A stretch of DNA of 64,000 nt from Eledone cirrhosa (Eukaryota). The stretch spans positions 343,170,001-343,234,000 of the forward strand of contig OZ024741.1 in NCBI GenBank assembly GCA_964016885.1. The letters are read 5' to 3'. The first letter of the stretch is position 1; every line of letters starts with the position of its first letter. The position numbers were made by a program, and so were the translations under genes. The notes under the pieces were generated by a model. It had not been told where the DNA came from, did not search any database, and worked only from the letters and a program-made list of their open reading frames with translations. Of the stretch, positions 15,949-28,073 are shown piece after piece.

Positions 15949-16299
15949 CACACATATATATATATATTCGTTTGCGCTCTCCAAGGTTTAACGAAACAAG
16001 AATTGTTCTTTAACATCCTAATTCTTTATATACTTTCCGTTATGCAACCATTTGTAGATTCATCTTGTTGAGTAGAAAATATATTTCACAGATTCAATTT
16101 CATTTCCGAACTTATTTTTAGATATTTCACATATTAGGTATCGTTTGACAAAGTTTCTCTTTTGAGATAAGTAGAGTATCCAGTTCCTTTTCAGCCTTTC
16201 TCTCACCAAAGAATCACCAGGAGAATGGGGGCAGGGGTAGGAACTCCAAGAAGGAGTGAGGGGGGAGTTAGCAGAAAAGAGGATATATATATCTATATC

Positions 16300-16330
<31 letters not shown>

Positions 16331-16415
16331 AAGCATTAGGTGTATCAAAAATTATCGAAACGAACCGTTGAGGGAATAATAATAAAGACATCTTGTTATT
16401 ATAAAAGGTATTCAG

Positions 16416-16630
16416 GGGCAGTGGATAGGCAGTATCAGTAGAGCGTCAGGCACCTTGCTGTGCAGTATAGAGTCACAGCCCTTTACCCACTGAGTTAAAA
16501 TCCTGCCGGGATTAGCTTTGACTTTCATCTTTATGGGGTCGATAAAATAAAGCACCAGTAATGCACTGAGGTCGATTTAATCGACTTTCACATCCTTTTC
16601 AAATTTCTGGCCTTGTGCTTAAAATAGAAT
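16416..16630 (+). mobile_element. SINE family A copy
   Basis: GGGGCAGTGGATAGGCAGTATCAGTAGAGCG...GGGGTCGATAAAATAAAGCACCAG. Confidence 0.8.
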
Positions 16631-16766
16631 TCAGCTGTTTTAACAGATATTTCTCGCGTTTGAGTTCCCCATTTTACTATGGACTTTATATATATATATA
16701 TATATTAGAAAGTGAGGTTTTTTTTACAAAATGAAAAATAACCGAGGTGTCCTACACGAGTGAAAG

Positions 16767-16896
16767 TATAAAGAAAAAGAGATGAAATCGAAAATGCAAC
16801 TGGAGTTTTATTTTTTTTTAAAATATATATATTTATATATTTAAAAAAAAAATAAGACTCCAGTTGCATTTTCGATTTCATCTCTTTTTCTTTATA
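16767..16896. repeat. Fold-back palindrome (~60 bp arms)
   Basis: TATAAAGAAAAAGAGATGAAATCGAAAATGCAACTGGAG ... CTCCAGTTGCATTTTCGATTTCATCTCTTTTTCTTTATA. Confidence 0.9.
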
Positions 16897-16900
16897 TATA

Positions 16901-17610
16901 TAAAGCGATGAAATGCCCGGGACGGTTGGAGGGTCACTGATGAAGGACTTACTGTTTCATATGTATCCCATTTGCAACGCGCAGCTCATTATTATCATAT
17001 TTACACATATCTTTTCTTCTGCTGCCACCCGTCTGTTTCGTTCTTTGTATCTTTACCCTTTCTAGCAGTCTCTCTCTCTGTTAGCCTCCTCCTCAACTTT
17101 CACTCACTCATTCTCTGTCACTACCTCTCCTCCTCCTCCTCCTCCTCTTTCCTCCTCTTTCTTCCCGTTTGACCTGTGTGTAATTCTTTTCTCGCGCGTT
17201 CTTGGTCAAGCCGGTATGAAATTTTTTTTCTCTCTCTCTCTCTCTCTCGTCTGCGACTTCACAGAACTTATGTTTACCGAATTCGTAGACCAGACCCCTT
17301 CTTCTTCCTCCCCGTTAGACCTGTGCGAAATTCCTTCCTTGCTCACATTTCAACCAGGTTTGATGGTCTTTTGTCTCTTGTTCACGATTTCCCCGAGTTT
17401 ATATTCATAGAAATCTGGGACTTGTCTCTTTCTTCTCACTTTCCGTTGCTTAAACCATTTTGTTTGTTCACCCTAACGTCCCCTTTATTTACGTGTCCCA
17501 ACGACTTTTTTTAGCCGTTGTTCGCACCAACCTGAGGTATATGGTCCTTAAAGCGATGAAATGCCTGGGACGGTTGGACGGTCACTGATGAAGGACTTAC
17601 TGTTTCATAT
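16901..17610 (+). mobile_element. 648-bp-period unit with 62 bp terminal direct repeat containing CTGATGA (5' half of hammerhead)
   Basis: 16901-16962 repeated at 17549-17610; CTGATGAAGGAC at 16937 and 17585; TA-tract flanks. Confidence 0.7.
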
Positions 17611-17627
17611 ATATATATATATATATA

Positions 17628-18575
17628 TAATCAAGGTTTAGCAAATAAGAAAAAGTTTTAAAATAATTTTCAAAAAATTCACTGTACTTACTATGGTTAC
17701 CTTTACCGAACGGTTTCGAGTCTCAAAAAATCAAAAATAAATGGATAGTCCTTGCGGGCCTCCATTGAAAAGATAAACGCTCGTCAGAAGGTTCTTTTCA
17801 CTCGGAGAATATAAAATTCCCGAGTTCGAATTACGAACTGGCGCTATTCAAAATTGTTCCCGAGATGAGAATGGAGGCCCGCAAGGACTATCCATTTATT
17901 TCTGAGACTCGAAACCGTTCGGTACAGGTAACTATAGTAAGTACAGTGAATTTTTTGAAATTTATTTTAAAACTTTTTCTTATTTGCTAAACCTTGATTA
18001 TATATGTTCTGGCTCGTTAAATTATTAACCTGCCGTTGAACCACATTGGCATATGGTCGGATAATACATGTGTCCCTATATGTTTTTTGCGTGTAGTGAT
18101 ATATACTTTATTATTATTAACCTCCCCCTGGTCGAGATAAAATTTGGCGTTTTGACTGCTGCTTTTTATAGTGGTAGTAGACTGACCTCCCTGCCTCTGC
18201 CTTCTATCTTTGCACACGGCACTGGACAGAATTGCTTCCACATCATTCATTCTCATCTCGGGAACAATTTTGAATAGCGCCAGTTCGTAATTCGAACTCG
18301 AGAATTTTATATTCTCCGAGTGAAAAGACCCTTCTGACGAGAGTTTATCTTTTCAATGGAGGCCCGCAAGCACTATCCATTTATTTTTGAGACTCGAAAC
18401 CGTTCGGTAAAGGTAACCATAGTAAGTACAGTGAATCTTTTGAAATTTATTTAAAAACTTTTTCTTATTTTCTAAACCTTGATTATATATGTTCTGGCTG
18501 CCATAGAACCACATTGGCATATGGTTGGATAATACATGTGTCCCTATAAGTTTTTTGCGTGTAGGGACATATACT
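17628..18575 (+). mobile_element. Inverted + partial-tandem element (period 485) with hammerhead
   Basis: 17628-17872 is the reverse complement of ~18248-18487; 17871-18105 repeats at 18356-18575. Confidence 0.88.
18329..18414 (+). ncRNA. Type I hammerhead ribozyme (second copy on minus strand 17699-17792)
   Basis: CCTT-CTGACGA-GAGT..ACTC-GAAA-CCGTTCGG-TA-AAGG: stem I CCTT/AAGG, stem II GAGT/ACTC, short stem III CCG/CGG, GUA site. Confidence 0.8.
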
Positions 18576-18759
18576 ATATATATATATATATATAATATAA
18601 GAAATTCTTGCACCAAGAAAAATATATACACCAGATAACAGTGTGAGAGATAAGGGCTTCTAATTGTAGTAAAGACTCTTTATCAGTGTAAAGTAATGTC
18701 TATAAGCCATAGATATCCTTTGACTTCTATTAGAATGGTTGATCATATCCTCCAAGTGA

Positions 18760-19330
18760 TCTACTCTATACGTCTTCTTGGTTTGACATTTTCCCTAATC
18801 TGAGCTGGAATTATAACATTACGGTGATTGCTACATCTGCTGCTGGTTCTCTCCGTCGTCTCAGGACATTTTTCATGCCTGAAAATATCTTGTATATCTT
18901 TATAAATCTTGTATATCTTTATAAATCTACAATTTCGTCTTGTATTGCAGTCAGTTATCGTGCTTCTGCCGCGAATCTTGATAGTCTGAATAAGATCAAA
19001 TAATCGTCAGCATTATGTCAACTTGAATCACTATTACTCCGTCGAAATGTTGCCCAACTCTGCCTTCTCTGTAAATATTTTTACGGGAATTATTCTGATG
19101 AGCTTTATTTTTATTGTCTTCTATTTTCACGAGTTTTAACGGAGCACAAGATTAGCAAACTGGTCTCATCTATTTACAGTTAAAATTCGTATATCTAATC
19201 GCAAATTCTATTCTGATAATTTTTTTCTTCACTCACCTCATCTATGGAATTCTCTTCCAGCTTTTTGCTTTCCCGGCCACTGTAATTAGCAAAAATTCGA
19301 GAACAACATCAATCAACATCTCCCTTTTTA
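18760..19330 (+). pseudogene. Decayed 3' RT region of a CR1/L2-group LINE
   Basis: Fragments LLGLTFS, SLLLRRNVAQLCLLCKYFYGNYSDEL, SHLFTVKI..FYSDNFF..LWNSLPAFAFP; related to 42440-42800. Confidence 0.65.
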
Positions 19331-19948
19331 AAATTATGGTCTCTGTCTTTTCCTTCTCCCTTCTTAACAACCTTTTGCATTTTTGTGGCTTCATTACCGT
19401 GCCTTTGGCGAGAAAATTAAAATATAAAACGTTCGGGAAATTTCGGAAATGCCACAAGTATTATTAAAAAAAGATTGTCTTATGTGTAAGAAATAGAATA
19501 AAAGAAATATATAATCATTAAACGAAGTAATAAAGGTCAATGGAAATTGTGTAGGTAGTTTAATTATGTATGATATAGTTTACAAAGTATTGGATTGTGT
19601 CAGTCTTGGGGAATAAATCATTAAGTGAAAAAGTACTTTGGATTGATAATATTCAGGAGTATATACAGAAAATGAAGTGAAATTATTCGGAAAAATGTTG
19701 CGATTTAAAATACATGTATCTGAGTTATTTGGGGGTTACGAAGTAAGCGACACACTAACTGGAGAGCTAATACAAGGGAATACAGAATAATCACTTTTCT
19801 TATAACAAACCCCACTTGCACATGCGATATTTTTAATTTTAATTTGGATTTCTATTTTAGTTTTACTTCTATTTCATTTCAAAAGCCTTCTTTATTTTTC
19901 AGTATTTTAATTTCTACATAGTGATTTTATTACACACTTGCACCCATT

Positions 19949-20278
19949 TATGTTTTAGACATCTAATCTCCTCACACATTATACAATATAACTCCTTCAT
20001 ACACGCAACCCTGCAGCCTAACTATTTTCTAAATGTCATGTCTCTAGTTGTATTTATACAGGTGTACATTGTAAAACCACATCATTGTGCGGCGTATGTT
20101 AGTGTATGTGTAAATATGTATATCCTTATGCTTATAGATATGCATGTGTAAGTGGACGTTAAACGATGATGATATGTATATATATATATATATACATACA
20201 CATTTACACATACATATCTAAGTGTAAATATGCATATCCTAATGCTTATAGATATGTATGTGTAAACGTATATATATA

Positions 20279-20319
<41 letters not shown>

Positions 20320-20673
20320 ATATATATATATATATATCAAAGGCATGTATTGAGTTAGAAACTCAATATATATATATATATATATATACATACATGCATA
20401 CCCACACACATAGACACACACAAACTCTCCCCCACCCCCCACACACACTGACACATACACACACATATATATATATATATACATACATACATTTACACAT
20501 TAAATATCTATATATTTACACATACACTAACATAAGCACAATCGTGGACTTTTACAATGTGCACCTGTATATATATAACTAGATACATGGAATTTAGAAA
20601 ATAGTTAGGCTGCCGGGTTGCATGTATGAAGAGATATATTATAATATGTGAGGAGATTATATGTTAGCAACAT
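19949..20673. repeat. Old diverged inverted repeat (arms ~19949-20122 and ~20509-20673)
   Basis: CAGCCTAACTATTTTCTAAAT vs ATTTAGAAAATAGTTAGGCTG; TAATCTCCTCACA vs TGTGAGGAGATTA. Confidence 0.75.
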
Positions 20674-20804
20674 ATAATTAACATGGCTTGATTCATAATA
20701 GTGATGTATATGAAGTCATATACAATATGTTTATGTATAATATACATTCGCAAGACTCGCTATGGGTGTTGTAATCTGTCGCAGCTACCAAAGTAACCAT
20801 GTAC

Positions 20805-20856
20805 AAACGTCAGGCTCTAGTGTTTCAGGATGTTCTATCCCTCGTTAGTGAGGTTT
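20805..20856 (-). ncRNA. Decayed minimal hammerhead ribozyme
   Basis: Reverse complement: AAACCTCA-CTAACGA-GGGAT agaac ATCCT-GAAA-CACTAGAG-CC-TGACGTTT; stems I (7/8) and II intact, two core substitutions. Confidence 0.55.
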
Positions 20857-21715
20857 ACTCACTGGGAACCGAGACAAGGATATGCTGTAGCTTATATAAA
20901 GGAGACATAGTGAAATTGAGAAAAATATAGAAAAATATGCAGAATTGCAATAATTTTAGAAATTATAGTAGTATGTAGTTGGGATAAAGAATACACACAG
21001 ACACATGCTAGCGTTAGTCAAGGTTATTTACAAAATATAGCTGACTGGGCTTTTACGATTTAAAAAAAGACAACCAATGCAGAATTGTAGTAAATAAAGT
21101 CACTCCTTTGTGAGGACAACTTTATCTTTCATCTTTCCGGGATTGATACAATAAAGGACCAACCAAGTACAGGAATCTATATTATCGAGCCAAACCACAC
21201 TTAAATTTCTTGAATTGTATTTATGTTAAACCTATCTTTATTGTTCTTATATTTGATCTCAGATCATCCCCGATTATGGTCAAAAACATTTCAGACTGTT
21301 TCCTCAGACATAATCTATATATCTAAAACAGAGAATGTCTGCCTGCCTGTCTGTCTGACTCTCTAAAACTCGAGAACCACCCAACCGATTGTTTTCAAAC
21401 TTTACATGTGTAATACTTATGGCACTGTGAGTGTTTTGAGCAAAGAATATTTCAAATTTTCAATGCCCTAGGGACCGCAATAGGCGATTTAGCGATCTCT
21501 CTCTATAATTCTTAGACTTTCTTTTTAGATAGATTCATAGATATAACGTTGCGACCTTATAATATCTGTCTGTATGTCTAACTGTCTGCATTACGACATT
21601 TTGACGCTATGAGTGTGTGTGTATATATGTATATATAGTGTGTGTATATACATATATATATAGTGTGTAACGTTTTTCGAAATATTTACTTCTGCGTTCA
21701 CAGATTGATTTTTAT

Positions 21716-21766
21716 AGTTTCAGAAGATCCCGCTAAGGGTGAAAGCTGCAATTCTTTGCTGAAACT
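21716..21766 (+). ncRNA. Variant-core hammerhead-like motif (CAGAAGA family, copy 1)
   Basis: AGTTT-CAGAAGA-TCCC gctaa GGGT-GAAA-GCT..TGC-TG-AAACT. Confidence 0.5.
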
Positions 21767-21777
21767 TTAATCTGTTA

Positions 21778-21832
<55 letters not shown>

Positions 21833-21837
<5 letters not shown>

Positions 21838-22478
21838 ATGCTGAAAAGGTAACACACCAGAGAGAGATATAGAGTGCGCTATCAATAAAACAGGGAAAAA
21901 CCCACCAGTGTATGGAATCTATAACCTATGAAAGGCAGACTATAGACACGATAATTAAAAATATAGATTAAAGCGTAAATAAATACCTCTATAACTATAT
22001 AACACACGTACAACTCCAAAGAGATGTTTCGCCAGTGATTTGTTGACAGAAATGGAATAACCTCGGTTCATCAGCGTGTGTAAGGCTATACATTTCAGAA
22101 AACACTAGGAGAATTTTAAAAGTGACTGTCCAGCTACACGTGGGAGAGAGAAGTCACAGCGTGTTTAAGGGCAGTGAACCAGTGGCCTCTGAGGGACGAG
22201 CTGCTAGAAAGGGCAGCCGAAAACCACTCAGAGAAGTGTGCTCAACCAAACAGAGAGATAGGAAAGACTGTTATAAGGAGCGAAATATCACGATAAATTA
22301 ACGGAGTAATAGGCTCTCGCAATTCCCTGTAAATAATGTGCTCAAAGGAGAAGAAATCCTGAGCTCTTTAAAATACAATATGTTGAAAAGGCAACACACC
22401 AGAGAGAGATATAGAGTGCGCTCACATTATTTACAGGGAATTGCGAGAGCCTATGGCTCCGTTAATTTATCGTGATAT
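21833..22478 (-). mobile_element. 542-bp-period hammerhead element with 48 bp terminal direct repeat and terminal inversion
   Basis: 21833-21880 repeated at 22375-22422; 22423-22478 is the reverse complement of ~22285-22340; TA-tract flanks. Confidence 0.85.
22002..22081 (-). ncRNA. Type I hammerhead ribozyme
   Basis: Reverse complement: ACACACG-CTGATGA-ACCG..TGGC-GAAA-CATCTC tttg GAGTTG-TA-CGTGTGT; 7 bp stem I, GUA site. Confidence 0.8.
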
Positions 22479-22493
22479 AAATATATATATATA

Positions 22494-22860
22494 TATTATA
22501 AAATTACAGGAGGCTGGACTGGTGTAAATCCTTGAAAGGTTTATTATACTATGATCATTTCAATGACCGGGTTCAGTATGAATCCGGTGACATCATCAGG
22601 TAATTCAAAATATAACGAAGGAATATAACAGATAAAATCCATGGTGCTGAAAATCAGAGACAGGAGGGCGACCGACAATTTAGCAGCTTTCTACCGCTGA
22701 TTTTCAGCACCATGGATTTTATCTGTTATATTCCTTCGTTATATTTTGAATTACCTGATGATGTCACCGGATTCATACTGAACCCGGTCATTGAAATGAT
22801 CATAGTATAATAAACCTTTCAAGGATTTACACCAGTCCAGCCTCCTGTTATTTTATAATA
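22494..22860. repeat. Fold-back element, ~164 bp near-perfect arms, 39 bp loop, tail to ~23005
   Basis: 22494-22657 is the reverse complement of 22697-22860. Confidence 0.93.
22751..22807 (+). ncRNA. Type I hammerhead ribozyme with palindromic stem III (mirror copy on minus strand ~22547-22603)
   Basis: TAC-CTGATGA-TGTCACCGG..CCGGTCATT-GAAA-TGATCA-TA-GTA. Confidence 0.72.
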
Positions 22861-23697
22861 ATAAACTCCGTACTCGCACCACCAACAACACAAACGAAAA
22901 TGGGTGAGTTGCATTACGTTGAGTGCTCTCCATAATATTACATCGAGGTTGATCACACGGAATGACCAGTTCTATCCAGTGTTAAACCAACAAACCTAAA
23001 TAAAATATATGTGTATATATAATTATATATTCGTGTACAGATATTTTTGCATACACAATAACAAAATATAAACAAAAGTATTTATTTCGCGATAAAGTAC
23101 TGATAAAGTACTGGTAATCTACGACGAATTTTTTTTATAAACACCATCCCGAGGCCGAGGTATTCCGTACTTCTCTGTACTGTTTCAGAAAGGAGGGATA
23201 AACATGCCAATCTATGTTTAGAATCCCGAGCAACGCCGGGGCATTCTGCTAGTATATCCTATTTTTAAAGACAGTATTGTGCGAAACGAAGGTCGCTTGT
23301 GGACTCTAAATAAGTATATATTCATATGTACTATGAAGTATATATTCATATGTACTATGAAGTATATATATTCATATATATTCAAGACAGGTGGTTGGCA
23401 GAAATAGTAGAGGGTGAGTCTAATAACATTTTGTGGAAATTAAGTATGAATTCAAATCGCACCGGATTTCAGTTTATCACAAGGGAGGCAATACAATAAG
23501 AACGCTTGTCAATAGCTAGGTTCGTTCTAATCAAATTTCCCTTTCTAATCAGCTATGTCCTAAAATTGGTGCAATATTTCAAACGATATTATATATATAT
23601 ATATATATACATATATTAACATATACATATGTATATATACATGCATATGACACACGCACACATATATGTATATATATGTGTTTGTATGTATGTATCT

Positions 23698-24486
23698 ATC
23701 CACGACTCGTCTCGCTGACCGAGCTGCAGTCCTGGGTCAAGCAAAGACCGAGGAAAATGGGCGACTGGAACATCGATTGTGCTCAGGCGCTCACAGCCCT
23801 CTGGCAGACGGACCCGGCGCTCAGTGGAGACTCCACTTCGTCATTCTATAGAGGGTTGACCCGCAGCAAGTGCGATAGCGCGCTCCGTGAAACTCTGGGC
23901 GTAGAGGAAGACGAACTGGCCAGTCTGTTCGGTAGGACCTTCCGCCCGGGACCGATGGACAATTTCCAAAAGTCCCTTGCCTGGCAGTGCTACCGAGGAG
24001 CTCTACCAGTTCGAGAAAGCTCTACAGACATGGGCGCCCGGGCAGGGAACCTTCGAGAAAGATCTGTCGAAGGTGCGTGCGAGACGAAGAAATCGTCGCG
24101 CACGCATTCATACACTTTCAAATACCACTTTAGAAGAAGAATCAGGATGGAGAGAGAGGTGCTGTACCCCAGCAAGTTTTATGAAAGGTGGGTGAAAGTG
24201 GGGAGAATGGCCCGAGTGAATGGGCCTTCTCTCTATATCAGCCTGTAGGTTGATGAAAAAGAGGAGCAGAGGAAAGGGCCACACACTCTTCGTACTGCTG
24301 GAGATGAGGGTTGCACATTTTTTCGGGGGTATGTGTTACCCATATGTAATGTCTCCCCCTATTGGGGAAAATCGATTAACTTTTAAATTGTATCTGTGAT
24401 AGTATTTTACACGTTTTTATTGTATGTAAACTTCCCCCTTTGTATTTGTCCCCTTCTTTTGTGCCCCTGTGGCTAATAAAGAAACA
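23698..24486 (+). pseudogene. 3' remnant of an L1/Tx1-like LINE
   Basis: GC-rich ORF with MDNFQKSLAWQCYRGALPVRE followed by a decayed Cys/His region (zf-RVT-like), pyrimidine-rich 3' UTR and AATAAA before a microsatellite. Confidence 0.6.
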
Positions 24487-24561
24487 TATCTATCTATATG
24501 TGTGCGCGTGTGTGTGTATCTATATATTTATATATATATATATTAACTATATATATATACA

Positions 24562-24597
<36 letters not shown>

Positions 24598-24613
24598 GAC
24601 CGGTGCTGGAGAC

Positions 24614-24657
<44 letters not shown>

Positions 24658-24942
24658 GTTTCTGCTGTGTATGTGTGTAAACGAGTTATATATGTAGACA
24701 TGCACAGTGAGTGTGTGCGTGTCAGCATATATAACTCGTTTACGCACACACACACGCACACATACACACACACATATATATATGTATAAATAAATATATA
24801 TATATATTAAAGTAAGTATGTTATGAAACAGTGAGCAGGTTTGAAATTAGAAAATAGAATAGCTTTCACCGTATTTTTGACTAAAGGAATTTTAGCCTGA
24901 TAATGGGGTTTAGAACCCTCAGATAAATGGAAAAAGATGAGT

Positions 24943-25016
24943 GTTGACGTACATGGCGTCGAACCCACATCTTTGGTTATCGCGACCACTGTGCTACCAT
25001 TACACCAACACATCAC
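24943..25016 (-). pseudogene. tRNA-like cloverleaf (pseudo-tRNA / Pol III head)
   Basis: Reverse complement: TGATGTG..TGGTGTAATGGTAGCAC..TGGT cgcgata ACCA..GTGGGTTCGACGCCAT..TACGTCA; acceptor, D, anticodon and T arms pair, but the anticodon loop is non-canonical. Confidence 0.6.
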
Positions 25017-25754
25017 CCATCTCTTTCCATTCAATTTCGACTCCCATAGTAACTATTACGACGACGACAACGACGACGTCGTCATCGTAATAGTTACTAT
25101 GGCTGCTGCTTTTGCTGCTGCTGTTGCTGTTGCGGGTGTTGTGATTCTCTCATTGGGTTCTGGTAGTTCTGTATGAATTCATACATATATTCATACACTG
25201 TTATATAACTAATACATTATATGGACAATGGTCGGCTAGGTTTGTGTGTATGTGGGCGTATGTATGTACGTGTATGTGCTTGTGTGTGTGTGTATGTGCG
25301 TATATGTTTGTAAGAATGTGAGTATTTGTGTGTGTTTATGTGTGCGCGCGTGTGTGTGTGTGTGTGTATGTGTGTGTGCATGTATGTATGTGCATGTATG
25401 CGTGCATGTGAGTATGTGTGTGTTTGATTGTGTGTGTATGCTTGTGTGTACATGTGTTTATGTGTGTGTGGGTTTGTATAATTGTGTGTGTGTATGTGTG
25501 CGTGTGTGTATGTGTATGTATGAGTGCGTATATATATATGTGTGTGTATTAGTGTGTGTGTGTATGTGCGTATGCGTATGTATGAGTGTGTGTATATATG
25601 TGTGGGTGAATGTGTATTTAATTATGTGTATGTATATGTGTAGTCGTGTGTATGTATATTATGTGTGTGCATGTGTGTTAGATTATGTTTATGTATATGT
25701 GTAGCTGTGTGTATATATGATGTATGTGTGTGGCTCTAGCTATATCGAGAAAAA

Positions 25755-26140
25755 AAATGGATGCTTTCATCCAAACAACAAAAGCGCCTTGATTTCACCT
25801 ACACTCGCCTGCTTCGACGCATTTAGAACATAACCTGGTGACACCTGACTTTGAAAGAAGTATATGCCGGCCTCCCACGCATATCTGTTGTTGTACGTAA
25901 AAGGAAAGTAAGATTTGCTGGCTACTGCCATCGTGCCACCTCTGAGGCTGTGTCTCCATCAGTGCTTTGGAAACCACAAATAGTTACTAATAACAGGGGA
26001 CGGAAGCTCTCCTATTCCGATGTCATCTCCAGAGATTCTGGTATTGAAATCCAGGATTTGGCAGCGGCAATGAACGTCAGGCCCACGTGGAGTTAATTGT
26101 TGAGTCGATATCGGCTGAGGCCGCCGGATGATGATGATGA
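25755..26140 (+). pseudogene. 3' remnant of an RTE/RTEX-like LINE with (GAT)n tail
   Basis: KEVYAGLPRISVVVRKRKVRFAGYCHR..VLWKP..RGRKLSYSDVISRDSG..AMNVRPTW then GATGATGATGAT. Confidence 0.8.
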
Positions 26141-26372
26141 TTGGGTAGGTTGTTTTCTGTCCACAGCACCAATAACGACGGCACACGTACTTATCAAGCA
26201 ACGAAATAAAGCCGGGAATCATATAGGAGTGAACTGAAATTTGTTTTGGCTTCTGCCATATGACATTTCGGTTCATCCAATACTTCTGCCACCCGCTGCT
26301 TTTATATGTTGAAACTAGATACACCCATAAGCACACATTCTTTTGCCTACATAAATATACACATGTAAGCAT

Positions 26373-26423
<51 letters not shown>

Positions 26424-26684
26424 GTGAGTGAGTGTGTGTGTGTGTGTGAACGATTTACCGTTTTACATACAAATATATAGACAAGATGTCATCGTAAAGT
26501 TAGATATGTGTGTGGAGGCGTTGGTTGGTATATAAAATATATACACATATTTCTGTTATATGTATAAAACCTATATACCTTACATTCCCCCCCCCCACAA
26601 CACAACAATGTATATATATATATGTATACATACATACATACACATATATATATACACACACACACATATATATATATATATACC

Positions 26685-26716
<32 letters not shown>

Positions 26717-26731
26717 AGTATATATATATAG

Positions 26732-26807
<76 letters not shown>

Positions 26808-26839
26808 ATAATATGTATAAATATATATACATATATACA

Positions 26840-26934
<95 letters not shown>

Positions 26935-27123
26935 GTATGTATTTGTATATATGCATATGTATGGTAATAGTAGATAAACCAAAAAAATATTAAGAACAGC
27001 AATAACACCAATAAAATTTATTGTCATTGTATGTACAACGAACATTTTATTGCGGTCCATGTTGCAACATTGATTCATATACAATATTGCTGCAACAGAC
27101 ACGTATGCCATCATATCTGTCTG

Positions 27124-27172
<49 letters not shown>

Positions 27173-28073
27173 TATCTATCTATCTACATCCTCTCCCCCC
27201 TCTCTCTCTCTCTCTCGTTATATATATAGTGTATCAGAGAGGGGGAGAGAAAGAGAAAGAGAGGGGGAGAGAGAGAAAGAGAGAGAGAGAGATAAATAGA
27301 TAGATAGTATAAATGACAAAAGTAACATATACAATGTTATGAAAACATATGACTATAAACTTATAATATATAACAATGGTATAAGCACCACCACCACCGC
27401 CGCCGCCACCACCACCACTAGCCACCACCACCATCACCGCCACCAATAAAAATAATAATAATAATAATCTTACCAATATTGCATAATAAATCATAACTCG
27501 ATGAAGTAATATTAATATATCATTGTACAGATGCAATATTATTATTGGCAGTATTGCTAGTTTGTCGGTGAAATAGCCAAGCCGTCTTTAGCTACAAATA
27601 TTTAGTTGAAATACTGTATATGTTAGCTTTGCTATTCATCCTGGTGTCGGAAAAATAAAGTACCAGTAAAATACTGGACCTGATTTATATCCTACAATAT
27701 ATTCTAGATGTGAATGAATCTATAATATACGCGAAGTCAACGAAATTGCAATAATATTATATTGATTTGTGATTAAAATACTCGCGCTGCTAACACGTGT
27801 ATTCATGTTTGATCCCATAGGTCAACTTCTTGACTACCTTTACGCGTAATTTAGTACACAGAAGCTGTGTGGGTTCTTGTCGTGTATATGTGTGTGTGGA
27901 GGGGGTCTAATTTATTGCCCTTTTTGCGTCTCTTAACTTACCGTTTCAACGAATTAAACCAATACAATAAGTACAAACTTGGACTAATGTAATAAAATAA
28001 TAAAAAATATCTCTATCGATTTCAATGTTTCAATGTACAACTCTGTTAGCGAACTATTATTAACAAACCAAGA

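Larger units (their letters stand above)
21314..23252 (+). mobile_element. Non-autonomous Helitron with nested insertions
   Basis: A^TCTATATATCTAAAA..(CTGC/CTGT)n 5' end; 3' hairpin CCCGAGCAACGCCGGG followed by CTAG^T; inserted between A and T. Confidence 0.7.

Noticed and set aside
24943-25016. Functional tRNA gene
   Set aside because: Anticodon loop CGCGATA lacks U33 and the T-arm is imperfect; kept only as tRNA-like.
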